DNA of 7,574 nucleotides from a virus (Duplodnaviria; Heunggongvirae; Uroviricota; Caudoviricetes): IMG/VR virus record IMGVR_UViG_2645727991_000009; one strand, 5' to 3'. Shown piece by piece: positions 5,835 to 7,574 of this stretch (position 1 is its first letter; each line of letters starts with the position of its first letter). The notes under the pieces were generated by a model. It saw only the letters and a program-made list of their open reading frames with translations, ran no database searches and was not told where the DNA came from. The position numbers and the translations under genes were made by a program.

Positions 5835-7483
5835 TACCTGTATGGAGCACAGCCTGCCCGGACTGGGCAGAGCGCCTGAAAAAGGGGCTGTCGATTATTC
5901 CGGATCCGATTTATCCGGACGAGGCCGCACATGCCCTGGCGATTTTTAAACAACTGCGGATTGTGGATGCACCTGGTAGCCCGACGTTCGGGGAGTCCTG
6001 TGCACCGTGGGTGTTTGACCTGGTGGCGGCCCTGTTTGGCTCCTACGATGCGCAGACCGGTGTACGCCATATCAAGGAAGTTTTTATCCTTATCCCCAAG
6101 AAAAACTCGAAGTCCACGCTGGCCGCGGGGATCATGATGACGGCGCTGTTACTGAACTGGCGGCAGGCGGCGGGTTACACGATTCTGGCCCCGACTGTGG
6201 AGGTGGCGGCCAACGCCTTCAACCCTGCCCGGGATATGGTACGACGTGACGATGATCTGGATGACCTCTGCCAGGTACAGACCCATATCCGGACCATCAC
6301 CCACAGGGTGACAGACACCACCCTGAAGGTGGTGGCAGCCGATCCGAATACGGTGTCCGGTATCAAGTCCGTGGGTACGCTGATTGATGAGTTGTGGCTG
6401 TTTGGCAAGCAGTGCAAGGCGGAGGACATGTTACGTGAAGCCATAGGCGGCCTTGCCTCCCGCCCGGAAGGGTTTGTGGTGTATACGACCACCCAGTCGA
6501 ATGAACCGCCCGCCGGGGTATTCAGACAGAAACTGCAGTACGCCCGGGATGTGCGCGACGGCAAAATTCATGATCCGCACTTTCTGCCGGTGATATTTGA
6601 ACACCCTCCTGAAATGGTGGAAAGCGGGGCTCACCTGCTGATGGAAAACCTCGCCATGGTCAATCCGAATCTCGGCTATTCAGTGGATGAGGCCTTTCTG
6701 TACCGGGAGTACCGTAAAGCCCGGGAAGCCGGTGAAGAGACATTCCGGGGGTTCATGTCAAAACACGCCAATGTGGAAATTGGTCTTGCCCTGCGCTCTG
6801 ACCGCTGGGCGGGGGCTGATTTCTGGGAAGAGCAGGGCCGTTGTATCAGCCTGGACGATATCCTGCGTCGTGCTGATGTGGTGACGGTGGGGATTGACGG
6901 CGGAGGGCTGGATGATCTGCTGGGGATGTATGTGATTGGGCGTGACCGGGAGACCCGCGAATGGCTGGGCTGGGGCCATGCCTGGGCGCATGAAACCGCG
7001 GTGGTCCGACGGAAGAGCGAGGCGTCCCGGTTTCAGGATCTTGTTGCCTGTGGAGATATGACCATTGTCCGGCGTGTCGGGGATGACACGGCGGAAGTGG
7101 CGGAATATGTGCGTCGCATTCATGAGGCTGAGTTACTGGACCATATCGGTATTGACCCGTCAGGGGTGGGGCAGATTCTGGATTCACTGGCGGAAGCCGG
7201 GATCCCCGACGGAATTGTGGTGGGGATAAGCCAGGGCTGGAAACTGGGCGGGGCCATTAAAACCACCGAGCGCAAACTGGCTGAAGGGGTGCTGGTGCAT
7301 GGTGACCAGCCCCTGATGGCCTGGTGTGTCGGCAATGCCCGGGTGGAGCCTAAAGGTAACGCCATTCTTATCACCAAACAGGCCAGTGGACGGGGAAAAA
7401 TTGACCCGCTGATGGCGCTGTTCAATGCGGTCTCCCTGATGTCCCTTAACCCGGAACCGAAAAAGAAAGAATATGCGGTATGA
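5831..7483 (+). CDS. Terminase large subunit (ATPase/nuclease)
   Basis: A 550-aa ORF whose ATG overlaps the terS stop, with GAGGAA SD upstream. Its length, position after terS and sequence character (ATPase-like N-terminal half, Asp-rich nuclease-like C-terminal half) fit a terminase large subunit. All antisense ORFs inside it look spurious. Confidence 0.92.
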   Translation: MIPVWSTACPDWAERLKKGLSIIPDPIYPDEAAHALAIFKQLRIVDAPGSPTFGESCAPWVFDLVAALFGSYDAQTGVRHIKEVFILIPKKNSKSTLAAGIMMTALLLNWRQAAGYTILAPTVEVAANAFNPARDMVRRDDDLDDLCQVQTHIRTITHRVTDTTLKVVAADPNTVSGIKSVGTLIDELWLFGKQCKAEDMLREAIGGLASRPEGFVVYTTTQSNEPPAGVFRQKLQYARDVRDGKIHDPHFLPVIFEHPPEMVESGAHLLMENLAMVNPNLGYSVDEAFLYREYRKAREAGEETFRGFMSKHANVEIGLALRSDRWAGADFWEEQGRCISLDDILRRADVVTVGIDGGGLDDLLGMYVIGRDRETREWLGWGHAWAHETAVVRRKSEASRFQDLVACGDMTIVRRVGDDTAEVAEYVRRIHEAELLDHIGIDPSGVGQILDSLAEAGIPDGIVVGISQGWKLGGAIKTTERKLAEGVLVHGDQPLMAWCVGNARVEPKGNAILITKQASGRGKIDPLMALFNAVSLMSLNPEPKKKEYAV

Positions 7484-7551
7484 AACGACAATAACTCAGT
7501 CCGCCTGGCGCCGATTATTCTGGCCGGTTTTGTAACCTGAGTGTCATTTAC

Positions 7552-7574
7552 ATGATCCAACAGGAAATGGCGTG
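7552..7574 (+). CDS. Possible start of the next late gene (portal protein expected by synteny); 5' fragment only
   Basis: An ATG at 7552 lies 69 nt after the terL stop and the frame (MIQQEMA...) is open to the window edge. The RBS is weak. This is a synteny expectation only. Confidence 0.25.

Noticed and set aside
5416-7560. Antisense and internal ORFs within the terminase genes (5416..5673 -, 5465..6070 -, 5481..5711 -, 5931..6137 +, 6175..6564 -, 6431..6634 -, 6687..6884 +, 6758..7123 -, 6846..7187 -, 7120..7560 -)
   Set aside because: They are Arg/Pro-rich, lack RBSs and are embedded in the well-supported terS and terL frames.
1-7574. CRISPR arrays, rRNA or tRNA genes, integrase or transposase genes
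   Set aside because: No regularly spaced repeat array, no rRNA- or tRNA-like structure and no recombinase-like ORF were seen. The window is lysis and packaging genes.

Overview
This window reads as the late region of a lambdoid (HK97/Qin-like) prophage from an enterobacterial genome, almost all on the + strand. In order: the 3' end of an unknown gene running in from upstream (3..755), an intrinsic terminator, then a lysis cassette made of an S21-type pinholin, a small unknown ORF, a SAR endolysin, an antirepressor-like gene with a coupled small membrane ORF, and nested Rz/Rz1 spanins. After that come a small unknown ORF, an AT-rich island with no long ORF, a minus-strand YlcI/YnfO-like gene, an HNH endonuclease, an intergenic region with repeated GTTAAC-core palindromes (likely cos/terminase recognition), the small and large terminase subunits, and the probable start of the next late gene. 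No rRNA, tRNA or CRISPR array was seen. I found no clear novel multi-gene system; the best leads are the unknown ORF inside the lysis cassette, the AT-rich island with a small hydrophobic ORF, and the GTTAAC repeat array. All family assignments are from motif recognition and memory, not from a search. Around 2881-2940 my base-by-base reading differed by one base from the ORF track, so I used track coordinates there.
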